DNA from: Anthoceros angustus
Lineage: Eukaryota > Plantae > Anthocerotophyta
NCBI GenBank assembly: GCA_010909165.1
Contig: VJWM01000044.1
Coordinates: forward strand, 2,046,001 to 2,110,000
DNA length: 64,000 bases
Reading direction: 5' to 3'
Both the position numbers and the translations under genes were made by a program. Positions 61,420-64,000 of the stretch are shown here, piece by piece. The first letter of the stretch is position 1. The number at the start of each line of letters is the position of its first letter. Under the pieces are notes generated by a model. That model made no database searches, was not told where the DNA came from, and saw nothing but the letters and a program-made list of their open reading frames with translations.

Positions 61420-63668
61420 TAAGTACAATTTTGCAAGAAATCAAACTTGCATTTTGCAAAAGAAAAATGATTTCTTGACACCTTTTTCCATCACATTGCC
61501 TCATCACAAGCTATCTATCCTTGTGCAGCTCATAGTGATACAATATTCCATTCTCTAGATATCACAAGTTTCATGTAATATGGAATTTTTAAAAATGGAT
61601 AATTTGGTCATGGTTATCGCCATTAATCTATCTCTTTTATAAGAGTTTTTACATCTTTTCTCTTTCATGTGTAATGCATCATCCTTCTAAAAAGTGTCCA
61701 ATTTGGTGCCCTTCAAAGCCTTGTCACGGCATTTTTGTTCATGAAGAACCCATGAGAAATTAGCCTTGAGTTTACGAGTAGGTACAAGCTTGGTTCTATT
61801 TAGTTTTCTACCGGACTGTATTGAGAGGGGCACTATAGTCCCATGTAGCCTACTTGTAGGAAACCCATTGCACGGCGAAATTTCCAAACTAGTTGTCCAT
61901 TTTTCTGGTACGACTAGGTGGTATACTATACTTGTTGGGGCTTATATGGGTAGACATTATTCATGTCATAATTAGAAGCCATCTAGAGCTAATTGGCATA
62001 GGCCTCATAGTGGTATTGGTAAAATTTCCGGCCTAGCTGGCACGGTTGCTCGGTTAGGCAAAACACATTATAAGTCCTCTCGGGATGGTGCCATGGGTTC
62101 TAGTAGCGAACATGGGGAACAAATCGTCAGTTTATTCATCGTTGGGGTTTGGTTCACTTTCAAAAGGAAACAAGGCATATTTTGAAGGGTAACTTTGATG
62201 TATAGAATATTGCATGAACATGTTGTCCCATGCATTCTTGTAGAAACAAATTTAATAGGTGCTATGGTAAAATATTTTTCAAATTGTGAAAATATAAGTT
62301 TCAAGGCTTGTTTTGAAGGCCTAACCCATATGAGCTTAACCCATGAAGGTCTTGAAGGGGCTGGTTCGGATAAACCCTTTGCATGCCACACGAGTTCATC
62401 ATGAAACTCACTTTATCTAGAAATTGCCTTTCCATCCAGAAATAGCCATCAACTTATGGATCTAGGTCAAAGAGGTTTATAATACACTATAAGAACTCGA
62501 GCAAGATAGTCTATAACAGGTCGTAAGAATCATGTAGATTAGGGATTAAATGCTTTAGCAATGTGCTCCATCTTTTTAAAAACTCATAACATAAGCTAGG
62601 ATTTCTAAGATTGGAGGTTTTTTGCCATGCATGCACCTAGTGTATGAAACTATAAGGACCAAGTTGCAATACCGTTTGAATTGGGAGAAGGTAAATACTT
62701 AAAAAACATAGTAATCTAAGATTCCTAAGATTGGAGGGTTTTTGCTATGTATACACCTCATGTATTTTTTGAATATATAGACCTTATTATTGCAAGAATA
62801 CACCATAGTGAAAATATGCTGTAATTAAAAAAATATAGCATACCTTTTTTGCATGGCCATAACAAATGGTGAATATGTCTGAATGTATATTATTTTAATG
62901 ACTTAAAATGTGAATGACCTAGGGAACAAATAAGGGCAGCATGTCACATGAGGCGGTTTACATATGGGTAGAGAGTTCAAAGCTCTCACAAATAGACCAC
63001 ATGGACACACATTTATAAGAACGTCGTTATTAAGCATCCTGCGCTTAGATCGGTACTTAGATGGGGTGCCTAAAGGAAGTGGATGTTTTTCTGTAAAAGT
63101 GATGTTATTAAGCATCCTGCGCTTAGATCGGTACTTAGATGGGGTGCCTAAAGGAAGTGGATGTTTTTCTGTAAAAGTGATGGGTGATAAAAGTAGCTTA
63201 GGCACACCATTATTATGACCAAATTATTTCGGGAAACCAGTTTGGTTCTTCGTGGCCGCCATTTTTTGCCTCCAAAAAGCTTCTTGTGTGGGCAAGATGC
63301 AATTACCGCAGACCGACAAACACTAAGTGTGTGTCAAACAATTTTATTTATAGAATCAAGTCGGAAGAAGTTTGAATTTCTGAACTCTTCCGGCCAGCAG
63401 CAGCTAATGACTTCGACTATAGTTTAGGTCGTCCAGTACTCGTGTTTTCACCAGTACAACCGACGGCTCACAACTCCTCTGCACCTCTCCGGTACACCAC
63501 CCACAAACCAGTTGCAACACACTTTACGTGGGCCTTTAGGCAAAAACCGACGTGCTCTCAGGGTCCATTTTGTTCCTACAAAATAAAAGACCTTGACAGT
63601 AGCCAAATTGACTGGAGATAAAGTTTCACGGTATGGTTCACCTGTTAAAATCCTTAGCAACTGTATAA

Positions 63669-63870
63669 TCAGTTGCCCGACTGTTGCAGGTTGATGAGCT
63701 TGCAATATGCTCCTTTCCTTGCAAGCAATTCCTTAGGACTGCCTTGTTCAATGATAGTTCCATCTTGCACAACTGCAATTGTATTGGCTCCCTGGATGGT
63801 GGACAGGCGGTGCGCAATGACAACAGTTGTTCTGCCTTGCATCAATCTATCCAAGGCCTCTTCTCTGATC
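63669..63870 (-). pseudogene. ABCB C-terminal fragment (open-frame copy)
   Basis: [67 protein letters not shown]. Confidence 0.82.
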
Positions 63871-64000
63871 CGCAGACATGTAGAAGTGCAGTACATGGTA
63901 AGTTTGGCGTGGCCGCTGATGCTAGTGCTTGGAACATCGGGAATTCACATTGTGCTTCATCAAATTCCACTGGCGACAGGAGATAAAGCAAGCACGTAGG

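Larger units (their letters stand above)
48280..63950. repeat. Segmental module copy 3, matching 15350-30700
   Basis: Collinear with copy 1 and carries the copy-1 diagnostic bases (GTGTTTCATC, GAGACAAAG, AATGTTGG) rather than the copy-2 bases at 30700. Confidence 0.9.

Overview
Eukaryotic nuclear DNA from a land plant with compact GT-AG introns (mostly ~74-140 nt). A seed-free plant such as a lycophyte or bryophyte is plausible, but that is inference only. No rRNA, tRNA or CRISPR features were found. From left to right: (1) 1-3.1 kb, a nested tandem repeat of GC-rich quasi-palindromic ~30-bp units inside ~845-bp macro-units. (2) A CACTA DNA transposon at 7705-13065 (14-bp perfect TIRs, TAT TSD), with its left 2.4 kb plus flank duplicated at ~4755-7435. 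(3) An intact two-exon UPF0496/DUF677 gene at 13952-15177 (-). (4) From ~15.35 kb to the end, an ~15-17 kb module present three times and starting a fourth. The module holds split DUF677 pseudogene pieces, a five-exon MRL7 (RCB/NCP family) thioredoxin-like gene convergent with a second DUF677 gene, a truncated Athila-like Ty3/gypsy element (LTR, tRNA-Asp PBS, gag, start of RT), an AT-rich block and an orphan ABCB last-exon fragment. The middle copy is scrambled, with a 2.7-kb inverted repeat, small inversions and a DUF677/ABCB-region mosaic, nearly all joined at 9-11 bp microhomologies. Two kinds of duplication can be told apart. Older ones differ by substitutions and look real. Others differ almost only by scattered 1-3 bp indels (15.35-30.7 kb vs 48.3-63.9 kb; the CACTA left-end duplication) and probably reflect unpolished long-read error and mis-assembly. 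I see no well-supported novel biological system. The best leads are the palindromic array, the uncharacterised CACTA ORF, a SINE-like insertion and the microhomology mosaic, which must first be shown to be real.
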